NCBI GenBank assembly: GCA_050117845.1
Contig: JASFLY010000006.1
Location: forward strand, 65,701-129,700
Length of the DNA: 64,000 bases
Source: Candidatus Zixiibacteriota bacterium
GTDB lineage: Bacteria; RBG-13-66-14; B26-G2; WVWN01
Direction of reading: 5' to 3'
The position numbers were made by a program, and so were the translations under genes. Below, piece after piece: positions 42,371 through 50,837 of the stretch (positions are counted from its first letter, which is position 1; each line of letters starts with the position of its first letter). The notes under the pieces were generated by a model. That model was not told the origin of the DNA. It did no database searches and saw only the letters and a list, made by a program, of their open reading frames with translations.

Positions 42371-42452
42371 CGGAGGGCGAGGGAATCGAACCCCCAAGGC
42401 CGCGAGGCCGGCGGATTTCAAATCCGCTGCCATACCGTTAGGCGAGCCCTCC
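42371..42452 (-). tRNA. tRNA-Ser(UGA)
   Basis: GGAGGG/CCCTCC acceptor stem, G discriminator, GCGGA-TTTGAAA-TCCGC anticodon arm, long variable arm, GGTTCGATTCC T-loop; CCA not encoded. Confidence 0.93.
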
Positions 42453-42465
42453 AAGTAGTTATATA

Positions 42466-43503
42466 TCAGCGTGTTACGCTTTCAGTCTCTTCGCTCGTTT
42501 CCCCTCCGTGTGCATTTCGTGTTAATACCTCCACGACGTCGGCCAGGTAATCCGGCGCCAGGTGCGCGTAGCGCATCGTCATCTGGGCCGTCTTGTGCCC
42601 GAGCAACCTACCGATCGTCGACAACGGTACCCCTTCCATAGCGAGCCACGACGCGAACGTGTGGCGGAGGTCGTGGAACCGGAACTCCTTGATGCCGGCT
42701 TCGACTAAGGCGTTCTTGAACGCGGAGTTGATCCAGCTGTAGCCCTTGCCGCGGCTGTTCTTGAAAACCTTGCCCTTCCTGGATCCCAACCCCTCGAGGA
42801 TATTGTACAACAATTCGTTAACGGGGACAACCCGCGCGTCCCCTGTCTTCGAATCGGCGACGCGGATCTGGCGCCGCTTCATGTCGACGTCGTCCCACTC
42901 GAGCGCGAGGAGCTCGCCCTGGCGCATGCCCGTGTGGAGCGCCGCGATAACGAGGGGCCGGAGCCACTTCGAACACGCCCCGATCAACTTCTCGGCTTCT
43001 TCTGGCGCGAGGTATCGTACTCGCCCGGGCGGTTCCCTTAGCCCGTCGACGTGGTCCGCCGGCGACGCTTCGAGGTAACCCCACTTCACCGCGAGACGGA
43101 GGGCGTGCTTGAGCGCGGCCAGGTCGCGGTTCACCGTCGCCGGCTTCACCTTCCGGAGGCGCTTCCGTTTGAACGCTTCGATCTGTTCGGGCGTTATAGC
43201 GCCGACGGGGACGTCGCCGAAGTGCTCGACGAGGTTCGCGATGTTGAACTGCTTCTTCGAATACGTCGACGGCCGGTTGTTACTCTCGCAGTATTCGGCG
43301 TATTTCTCCATCAGCGCTCGGAAGCCGATGTCCTTTACGCCGCGGATCCCGTGGACCCGCTTTAGTACCTTCTGGACCCTGGCCTTCGCGATCTCCTCGG
43401 CTTCCTTCTTCGACGTCGTCCGCAAAGACGAATCGAGCCGGACCCCCTTGATCCGACCGAAGAGCCAGTAGTACTTGCCGCGTTTTTTTATACGATAACC
43501 CAT
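42466..43503 (-). CDS. Tyrosine recombinase/phage integrase
   Basis: TGMRQGE (R), SKTG (K), HDLRH, LGH, MRYAH (Y). Confidence 0.96.
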   Translation of the reverse strand: MGYRIKKRGKYYWLFGRIKGVRLDSSLRTTSKKEAEEIAKARVQKVLKRVHGIRGVKDIGFRALMEKYAEYCESNNRPSTYSKKQFNIANLVEHFGDVPVGAITPEQIEAFKRKRLRKVKPATVNRDLAALKHALRLAVKWGYLEASPADHVDGLREPPGRVRYLAPEEAEKLIGACSKWLRPLVIAALHTGMRQGELLALEWDDVDMKRRQIRVADSKTGDARVVPVNELLYNILEGLGSRKGKVFKNSRGKGYSWINSAFKNALVEAGIKEFRFHDLRHTFASWLAMEGVPLSTIGRLLGHKTAQMTMRYAHLAPDYLADVVEVLTRNAHGGETSEETESVTR

Positions 43504-43639
43504 TATCCAGTCCGTTGGTCCTTAATAGGTTGCCGTTAATATAGGGTTAGTAGTTAGAGGCGACTAACCGCGGTTATAGTTCCAGCTTTGCGAATTTAAT
43601 ACTTGTAAATCCGAACAACGTTTAATAGTATGAAATGTT

Positions 43640-44350
43640 ATGACGCTAACCGTAATAGAGAATGATAATCGCAATATTAAAAACCTACCTTGGTATGAAT
43701 CACCTTGTTATGAAGAAAACTATTTAATTGGAGGCTTCCTAGATTGTATAAAAGCGAACGGTTTCCCCCGTATTAAGTCCGGTAGAAACGCCGTTGCAAT
43801 AACGGAATTCGGTTCGTGCGGTAGCGGGATAGCCGATTTATTAATTGCGCCTAAAATACCGCGTTTGCCTAATGCCCCTGACGAAATCGTCGAAATCGTA
43901 GCCACTAGTCCAGCGGCGGCCAAGGTATTCGCGGCTTTAGTACAGGGGGTGGAGTTCGACCCCGAACGAGTTGCATTAAATACAGGTATAAGTTTAAAAC
44001 GTACTAAAATGCTTGTACGGAAGTTCAAAGAGGTTTTAGGGAGTAAGCGGGCGGTATTCCCCCATGTAGAGTTATGGGCATTCGAAGCGAAAGTCTCCGA
44101 TTGGGGCGCTGGAATAACCCAGGCTTTTAATTACTTCGATTTCTCTAATAGATCAACGTTGGTATTACCTAAAAGCGCTGGCCCGCTAGTAGAAGCGCAT
44201 CTGCCTATATTCAGATTATTGGGGTTAGGGCTTTGGTTATTCGACGAAATCGAATTAGAAATCGAGACTATACTATGGCCGAAAAAGCGGGAACCGCGCT
44301 ACTTGGGCGAATATTACCGTACTTTAGCGTATATTTTCCTCAACGCTTAA
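43640..44350 (+). CDS. Putative PD-(D/E)XK restriction-fold protein with inserted HTH
   Basis: TEF..GIADL, AFEAK, QAFNY (QxxxY), GLGLW; HTH-like ERVALNTGISLKRTK. Confidence 0.6.
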   Translation: MTLTVIENDNRNIKNLPWYESPCYEENYLIGGFLDCIKANGFPRIKSGRNAVAITEFGSCGSGIADLLIAPKIPRLPNAPDEIVEIVATSPAAAKVFAALVQGVEFDPERVALNTGISLKRTKMLVRKFKEVLGSKRAVFPHVELWAFEAKVSDWGAGITQAFNYFDFSNRSTLVLPKSAGPLVEAHLPIFRLLGLGLWLFDEIELEIETILWPKKREPRYLGEYYRTLAYIFLNA

Positions 44351-45561
44351 TCCGTATCTCCGTGTAAACCAGTCGATTTAATAAACCCCTCTATTCCGTT
44401 ATTTAATGGGCGAAGGTGTGTGGGTCGTGACTTAACATCTAAGCGGCCTGGGATATCTTCAATTCTATCGTATAATTCCCTAGCGGTTTTTAAGCGTTGT
44501 TTTAGTAACGATATGTTTGCCTCAACATCGTCATCGATCCCGTTAATAAGGCTCTTTATCGACGCCCAGTGTTGTAAAGCTTCGAGTTCGACTGTAACTT
44601 TACTACCTCTGGGGGGAAACTCGCTTTCGTACGGCGTGTCGCTCCTAATCCCGCGTAAACCTACTTCTTCGAAGCGCTCTAGTTCTCCGGTAAGTATCCT
44701 ACATAGTAAAGGAGCACTAGTATAACGGGGGCGGCCGCGCATCCTGGGAGGCGTTTTTAAGAATAAACGGTTTCGATGAAAACACTTCTGTGGTTCGAAC
44801 CACCCCGTACCGCCGGCGCTCGCCCCAACTCCTATCAAGAACGGCGTAAGCATGTCTACGTATCCCGCGACAACCTCATAGCCGTTATAACTTAGACTAT
44901 ACGTTAAGTATAAGAGGTTTCCGATTACGTCTTCCGGAAGGCAATCGAACCTCTCGTCCCAATGGTCTTTTTCGAGGAGTATGTAGAATCCCGCCGGCCG
45001 GTCAGTCCAGGAGGAGAATTCGGAGAGTAAATTATCCAATTCGGTTTTCTGCCTTAGCGCTTGTTCTGAAAACGATATAGTAATTAGTATCCGCGGACGG
45101 TTTCCGAATACCGTTACCTTATCGGCGACCCTAATGGAACTCCTTATAAAATCTAAGAACGGTTTATAAAAAGGACTCCCGAAATCCTCTAACACTAAGT
45201 TAGGAGAAATCCAGTGGGTTAACGGTAACCTCGCTTGGTATTGTAGGGCTTGTTCTATACATTCTACAGCTTGATTGCCTTCGATGAACTTCTTTTTCTC
45301 CCATTTCTCGTAGAAATAGTTTAAATCCTCGAGTTTCCCTAAATTCCTTTTCTCCTCAGCGTAGTTACGATAAGGGAGGGCGTATATTTGGGGATCGAAG
45401 AGGACGTCGAGACCTTCTTGTATGCCGGTTTCCGCCAGCTTTTGCGTGTAGGCTTCTGAACAATACCGCGGGCTAATAATCAAGCCGTCGATTATCTCAT
45501 CTCGGGCAGCGGATTCGATTTTACTACCCGTTTGATGGCCTATTTGTGCGTAGAGTTTCAT
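44347..45561 (-). CDS. Uncharacterised 404-aa alpha/beta (putative TIM-barrel) protein
   Basis: Long AT-rich ORF 1 bp from the kinase stop; LYAQIGH, LIISP, LFDPQIY, GTGWF motifs; fold is inferred. Confidence 0.7.
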   Translation of the reverse strand: MKLYAQIGHQTGSKIESAARDEIIDGLIISPRYCSEAYTQKLAETGIQEGLDVLFDPQIYALPYRNYAEEKRNLGKLEDLNYFYEKWEKKKFIEGNQAVECIEQALQYQARLPLTHWISPNLVLEDFGSPFYKPFLDFIRSSIRVADKVTVFGNRPRILITISFSEQALRQKTELDNLLSEFSSWTDRPAGFYILLEKDHWDERFDCLPEDVIGNLLYLTYSLSYNGYEVVAGYVDMLTPFLIGVGASAGGTGWFEPQKCFHRNRLFLKTPPRMRGRPRYTSAPLLCRILTGELERFEEVGLRGIRSDTPYESEFPPRGSKVTVELEALQHWASIKSLINGIDDDVEANISLLKQRLKTARELYDRIEDIPGRLDVKSRPTHLRPLNNGIEGFIKSTGLHGDTD

Positions 45562-45562
45562 C

Positions 45563-46501
45563 CTATACCTCCGATAAAGCCGTTATTAGTAAACCCATAT
45601 CGTTCGGCCTCAAGTGGGGTTGCTTCCTAATTAAGGTCCCTACTATTTTACTGAATTCGCTAGGTAAATCTGTGCGTATCGAATGTATAGGTTTCGCCGC
45701 GTTGTTCCTCAATTGATCAAGGGCGTGGGCCGGGTCCGATTCGTCTCTGATGTACGGATGGGTCCCGACAGCGTATTCGTAAACCGTTACCCCTAGAGAA
45801 TAAAGATCGACCCGATAATCTAGGAATTCCTTTTGAGCCGTTACGTGTTGTTCGGGGGCCGAGTAGCGGTAGGTACCTATCATCCTTCCGTGATCCGTAA
45901 TCGAATCGTTCAGTAGCCCTAGGGCGATTCCGAAATCCAGTATAACGAAAGGCCTATTAGGGATTCGGGTTCTAATAATATTAGCGGGTCGAATATCGCG
46001 GTGGATTACTTTCTTTCCCCAAATATACTTAATAGCTTCGCACGCCGATATCGTTAATCGTTTTAAGTCTTCGAGCGTCGGTTTATCCCCCGTTTCAATG
46101 AGGTCCTCTAAGGTATCCCCGTCGATAAATTCTTCTAAGTAACAGCAATAATCTGTTCTCTCGTGCGTAACGATTTTTATAGGGTAGTCGGCGAGTTGTA
46201 CTATCGCGGGGCACGCTACGTCTTTTTGTATGGATAATTCCCGGATAAGCCTTTCGATTTTCGACGCCTCCCCCGGCGGCCGGTTGCGACCGGCTGTCGT
46301 AGGTTTTTGGCCGATTCGGAACAATTTAAGCGCGTACTTTTCCCCGTTATATATGACGGAGTATACCCGTTTCTGGGCGCCCTCGTTGATATACTCGAGT
46401 TGAGAGAATTCCTTAAAGGTTTTTTCTAACGTTTCTTCCACGGAAGCTATACCCCTTTCGAGAAGAGAAGCCGGGAGTTCAGGTTTTATTGTCCATTTCA
46501 T
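45563..46501 (-). CDS. Hanks-type Ser/Thr protein kinase (soluble, kinase domain only)
   Basis: EGAQKRVY, ALK, RE, HRDIRPAN, DFG, GTYRYSAPE, DLYSLG. Confidence 0.92.
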   Translation of the reverse strand: MKWTIKPELPASLLERGIASVEETLEKTFKEFSQLEYINEGAQKRVYSVIYNGEKYALKLFRIGQKPTTAGRNRPPGEASKIERLIRELSIQKDVACPAIVQLADYPIKIVTHERTDYCCYLEEFIDGDTLEDLIETGDKPTLEDLKRLTISACEAIKYIWGKKVIHRDIRPANIIRTRIPNRPFVILDFGIALGLLNDSITDHGRMIGTYRYSAPEQHVTAQKEFLDYRVDLYSLGVTVYEYAVGTHPYIRDESDPAHALDQLRNNAAKPIHSIRTDLPSEFSKIVGTLIRKQPHLRPNDMGLLITALSEV

Positions 46502-46666
46502 TTAACGGTTGCATTTATTAAAACGGTCGTGTAAAACACCCGGCGTTTTGACTAGCTTGGGACGAGTTAGCGAAGCGAGGACCCCAGGTCCTTTAGCACA
46601 TAGAAAGGGGAGGGCCTGGGGTGCTCCCCGCGTCTTTGGAGTACTCATTTATAAAACCCAATCAAA

Positions 46667-48067
46667 TCAGTTTAAAAAACCCGGGTGAGTTACCGTAGAC
46701 ACCAAAGACGTAAAACCCCGCGAATAAGACAATAACGATAAAAGGCCATCTTCGGTAAACCCTATTTCTTTGAAACATATTAACCTACACAATAATATGG
46801 CTCTATACGTCGTTAAAACAAACCGTGTCCGTTCGTCGTCTCCGGAAATCGAATCCCCGTGCGAGAGGGAGTCCCTGAATGTTTTGAGCGACGATACGAA
46901 ACCTGGTATGTCGTTAATAAAACTGCTTATTATCCGGGCATTTTCGTTGCAGAGGTTTCTCATCTTCTCCCGATAAGATAGGTTATTACACTGCCGTACG
47001 CTTCCTTCGAATAACTTGCGTTCTTCTTCGGTCATTTTATTTATCATCGCCTTGAGTACGACGTCGAAACGCTCTTTATCGGTTTTCTTCACTCCAGGAT
47101 TCTTTCGGTAATAGTACGATTCTAACGCGGTAGCGACACTTACGAAAACGTTTTCGAGATAAAGGTGTTTGTTTACTAAGTCTGCTAAATTCGAAATAAA
47201 TAAGGGTCGAAACTCTTCAGATTTTACCCAATAGCCCTCGAAGATTTCGGTGAGGTTGTTTCCCGTATCTTTATAAGAGAAATACCTTGGGAACGGAAAG
47301 CCCGCACGGACTGGATCTCTACCCGTAGGTAAATATTGGAATTTTTCGGAGTTGAAGGTTAACCGTACGAGCGGATTGCTATTAGATTGAATAGGATTTG
47401 GTCCTTCATGACTCCTTGGGGTTTCTAAATAGGCTCGTACATTACGTATCGGTAGCCGGTCCCCAAATCCCAATACGAAAAACTGGGAAATTTTAGTAAC
47501 CGTATCGATGATTTCCTGTAACCCGAATTCTTTCTCAGAATGAACTTGGACTTTAAGGTGAGAAGTAGCTTCATATCGTTGGTTTGGCTCCCCCGAATTA
47601 ACCTTATCCGGAGTATCACTATTTATGGTTATACGGGTTTTGTCTTCTCCGTTTCTTTTAAGTAGAATAGGAGTAGAATAATGCGGTAACAGTTTCTCGG
47701 GGGAATCCTCTGGGATTTTCGCCCATAAACCTTCTTCAACCATGTTAAGGAAAAAGCTGTGGAAGTATCCGAATTCGATATCAATGACGTTATAGCTAAT
47801 TTCGCCAGTATTCGAAAAACGGTTTCCGAAGATTATAACTGAAGGTTCGAATACCCCACGACTTGCCATTAGGTAGTCGCCGATTAAGGTTATCGGGCTA
47901 TTATTAATTTCTCCGTTAAGTATTTGCGTTTCGCGCGGCACCCCTTGCTCCGTCCCGAATACCCGCAATTCTATAGCACCGTTAACGTTGATCAACAAGT
48001 CTCCGGAGACAGGTGAGTCACTTCTATCCGGGAGCCAAACGCGGCAGTGGTATTCCTGTTTACCCAT
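46667..48067 (-). CDS. ApeA-like HEPN domain protein
   Basis: N-terminal WLP....VSGDL...G.IEL (ApeA-NTD-like), ATALESY, RDSLSH (Rx4H). Confidence 0.75.
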   Translation of the reverse strand: MGKQEYHCRVWLPDRSDSPVSGDLLINVNGAIELRVFGTEQGVPRETQILNGEINNSPITLIGDYLMASRGVFEPSVIIFGNRFSNTGEISYNVIDIEFGYFHSFFLNMVEEGLWAKIPEDSPEKLLPHYSTPILLKRNGEDKTRITINSDTPDKVNSGEPNQRYEATSHLKVQVHSEKEFGLQEIIDTVTKISQFFVLGFGDRLPIRNVRAYLETPRSHEGPNPIQSNSNPLVRLTFNSEKFQYLPTGRDPVRAGFPFPRYFSYKDTGNNLTEIFEGYWVKSEEFRPLFISNLADLVNKHLYLENVFVSVATALESYYYRKNPGVKKTDKERFDVVLKAMINKMTEEERKLFEGSVRQCNNLSYREKMRNLCNENARIISSFINDIPGFVSSLKTFRDSLSHGDSISGDDERTRFVLTTYRAILLCRLICFKEIGFTEDGLLSLLSYSRGFTSLVSTVTHPGFLN

Positions 48068-48138
48068 ACACGTAAGCCTTTCTTAAACGTTAAAACCGTA
48101 TTCCTAGGTACTTAATCCGTACCCCTTCGATCCTTTCG

Positions 48139-48311
48139 CTACCCGAACGCCTCCTCCGCCCACTCCCGGAAATCGGAGTTCTCGATACCGTCGGGCATTT
48201 CCGGAAAGAGGTCGAGGCCGCTCCGGTTTTCGACGTCGTCGACGGTGAACAGGTGGTCAAGGACGTCGGCGTCCCCGGGTGTATCCTGGTCGAGGATGAA
48301 CTCGGCGACGC
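48139..48311 (-). pseudogene. 3' remnant of a second non-specific endonuclease gene
   Basis: Aligns to 49021-49205 (DQDTPGDADVLDHLFTVDD...DFREWAEE.FG) with a 12-bp deletion and many synonymous changes. Confidence 0.85.
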
Positions 48312-48329
48312 TGGCGTGCCACCCCTCGA

Positions 48330-48920
48330 CTAGGGGCAGCATACGCTTCAAGGCGAGTACCCTTGGGCTTGTGCGTTTCGTTTACCGATGGGGATGCAGG
48401 ATTTTCTCAAGTACCGGCATCCCGACCGGTGGTACTTGCTTCCCGTTCTCGTGATGTAAACGGTCGGACCCGCTCCTGCCGCGGCCGCCCGGCGCCGTTT
48501 TTCCGTCTCCCAATTCCGGGCGTAGTCTTCGTCTTCGCGTACGAGACGTTCCCAGAATTCGGCTACCTCTTTCGCTTTAGAGGCGCGCGCCGCCAAGCCT
48601 ACGTTTATTCCCTCGAGGGCGTTAATCTCGCCTTCGAGGCGAACGGCTTCGTCGAGTAAAACCCGCGTCTGGGTTTCAATGTCACCCTGGCCATTAGTTT
48701 CGCTAGCTTTGACTTCTTCTTTTAACGACTTATAATGCGGGTCCTTTTCCTCGAACGCGTCCGTCGCCAACCAGTAAATCCCGTAAGCTACTACGACCAC
48801 CCCGGCGCCGATGTATACGGCAGTATTGGTTTTTTCATCACTACTCGTTGCGGCTGTACCGGGAGACGCAGCAGCTAATATCAACCCACATACGACCGCG
48901 AAAGAAACCGCCCACCTCAT
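48330..48920 (-). CDS. Membrane-anchored coiled-coil protein with C-terminal Ada-like metal-binding domain; in-frame TGA at 48348-48350
   Basis: Signal/TM segments, TVYITRTGSKYHRSGC...GYSP[TGA]SVCCP-TAG. Confidence 0.7.
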
Positions 48921-49020
48921 CTTGTTATCTCCTCTCGCTCGAATGAGTATATAACCGCCCACCGGCAGCCGGACTCTACAAATAGAAGTATTATCAGTCT
49001 AACTACGTACACCCTTTTAT

Positions 49021-49851
49021 TTACCCGAACTCCTCCTCCGCCCACTCCCGGAAATCGTAACTCTCGATCGCGGGCTCGACGTCGTCGGGCAGGGCCGGGA
49101 AGATATCGAGGCCACTTCGGCGCTCGATGTCGTCGACGGTGAACAGATGGTCGAGGACGTCGGCGTCCCCGGGCGTGTCCTGGTCGAAGATGAACGCGGC
49201 GACGCGGATGGAGTCGGTGTTCGACGTCGGCTGGATCGCGACGACCTTCCAGTAGCCCGAGGGGATCCGGTGCGGCTCGTCGCATTCCGGGAGCGCCGGC
49301 ATGTCGCGCTCGTACAGCGGCCCGGTCACGACGTATACGACGTTGCCGGCCTCGGCCAAGTCGCGCTCCCGTTCTTCGATCCTCCCCCATGGCCCCCCGT
49401 TCAGCGGTTCCATTTGGGGCGTGATGTTGGAATAGTAGTTCGTCTCGCTCCAGTACGTCGTGCCCTTGAACGACGCGAGTGGTGCCTGGTGGCCGCGCTC
49501 CGTGCCGAGGTCCGCGTTCGCGTCCTTGTAGTCGTCGTCAGGGTACCGCTCGAGCGTCTCCTCGGGCGCGAGCCACGGGTCGTTCTTCCAGTTCCGCGGC
49601 AGGCCGCTTTCCCCCGTGACCATACTACAGTCCAGCCGGTAAGCTACCCAGTCGGCGAACTTCGTCTCGTCGTTGGACGAGAGCGCGTACGCGTCCCGGA
49701 TTATCAAGTCGTTCGTCGCCGGCGTTCCGGTGGGGTAACCGTAGAAGAAGTGCTTGCAGTGGACCTCCGAGTATATGCCGTCGTCGACGTTGTACGCGTA
49801 CGCCGCGGTCGCGGCGACAAGCGCGAGGGGTGTTAGCGAAACCCCTTTCAA
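49021..49851 (-). CDS. Secreted DNA/RNA non-specific endonuclease (NucA/EndoG family)
   Basis: Signal peptide, WVAY, ERGHQAP, SNITPQ, N...W...E, IPSGYWKV. Confidence 0.92.
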   Translation of the reverse strand: MKGVSLTPLALVAATAAYAYNVDDGIYSEVHCKHFFYGYPTGTPATNDLIIRDAYALSSNDETKFADWVAYRLDCSMVTGESGLPRNWKNDPWLAPEETLERYPDDDYKDANADLGTERGHQAPLASFKGTTYWSETNYYSNITPQMEPLNGGPWGRIEERERDLAEAGNVVYVVTGPLYERDMPALPECDEPHRIPSGYWKVVAIQPTSNTDSIRVAAFIFDQDTPGDADVLDHLFTVDDIERRSGLDIFPALPDDVEPAIESYDFREWAEEEFG

Positions 49852-49852
49852 A

Positions 49853-50578
49853 TTATCCCCCGGTTCCTAATTCGTAATGTTCAGGTAACGAAAGAGTGCC
49901 GTGTCCTTCTGGGTCATTAAACGCATATCTCGTTACGGCATAAAGGGTATTTTCGTTATCTAGATAGAGTACGATTAGGTTATGCGGTTTAGTATCCGGG
50001 CTTAGCATGCCTTTTTCCTTAATCGCGTTTAAAGGGTCCCACCCGTAAATAGTTTTTAAGTACGCCCTGATGTCTTCTTCGCCTTTTGGCGGTCCGATAA
50101 CGTAGGTTATTCGTCTTTCCCTTGTGGGTATTTGATCAAATAAGGATTTACCAATGAAAAACAGCCCTGTATCCGTATCGTACCTTATAACGCAAACGAA
50201 GTAAGCATCGTTCGGGCTGGAGTTCTCGATATGTACGAAAATACGGGGGTTGAGTTTTTTAGCCTTTTCGAGCTCGTAGTTGGCCTGCGTATCGGTTAGC
50301 GAATCGTCCTGTTTTAAATAAGCTATAAACTTCGCCTCGTCGGTTAAACCTAATGATAGGCGGGGTTTTTGGTATTGCTTTATTTGCCTTTCGTAAATCG
50401 CGTTATTTTCCGCTCCTATGCGTACGAGCTCGTGTGTCTCATACGCGTACCATCCGACTATTATAGTCATTACAACCGAAGCTATTACGCCAGCAGTCCT
50501 AATTACGACTGTGAACCGAGGTTCTTTAATAACCGTCGTTCCCCGCCCTATTCCGGATTGTACTTTGTTTTTCCCCAT
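49853..50578 (-). CDS. Single-TM hypothetical protein
   Basis: TM followed by YAYET..L...Q..P.L; GAGG SD. Confidence 0.7.
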   Translation of the reverse strand: MGKNKVQSGIGRGTTVIKEPRFTVVIRTAGVIASVVMTIIVGWYAYETHELVRIGAENNAIYERQIKQYQKPRLSLGLTDEAKFIAYLKQDDSLTDTQANYELEKAKKLNPRIFVHIENSSPNDAYFVCVIRYDTDTGLFFIGKSLFDQIPTRERRITYVIGPPKGEEDIRAYLKTIYGWDPLNAIKEKGMLSPDTKPHNLIVLYLDNENTLYAVTRYAFNDPEGHGTLSLPEHYELGTGG

Positions 50579-50837
50579 CCCGCTTCCGCCTCTCTTTCCA
50601 CCTTACTCAAAAATAGAAGGGCCCGAAGCGCGGCTCCTATTTTACGAGGAGTATTTCACGCTTCGGGCTCTTTACTCGCCACGTAGTCCGTCGCTATCCC
50701 GTCCTTAACCTTCCATCGACAACGATAGTATCATCCGCCGCGGTGGCAAAGGGAAGAATATCGAAAAATCCCCGGGACCCGGCCGCCTGTTATCCTCACG
50801 CGTTACTCCCTTCAACTTCCTACCTCATCCCATCCTA

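Noticed and set aside
42371..42452. tRNA-Sec or UGA suppressor linked to the in-frame TGA
   Set aside because: The anticodon is UGA (reads UCA, Ser), not UCA, and the acceptor stem is of normal length
48139..49205. Diversity-generating retroelement TR/VR pair
   Set aside because: Differences are not adenine-specific (many C/T synonymous changes), and no reverse transcriptase is in the window
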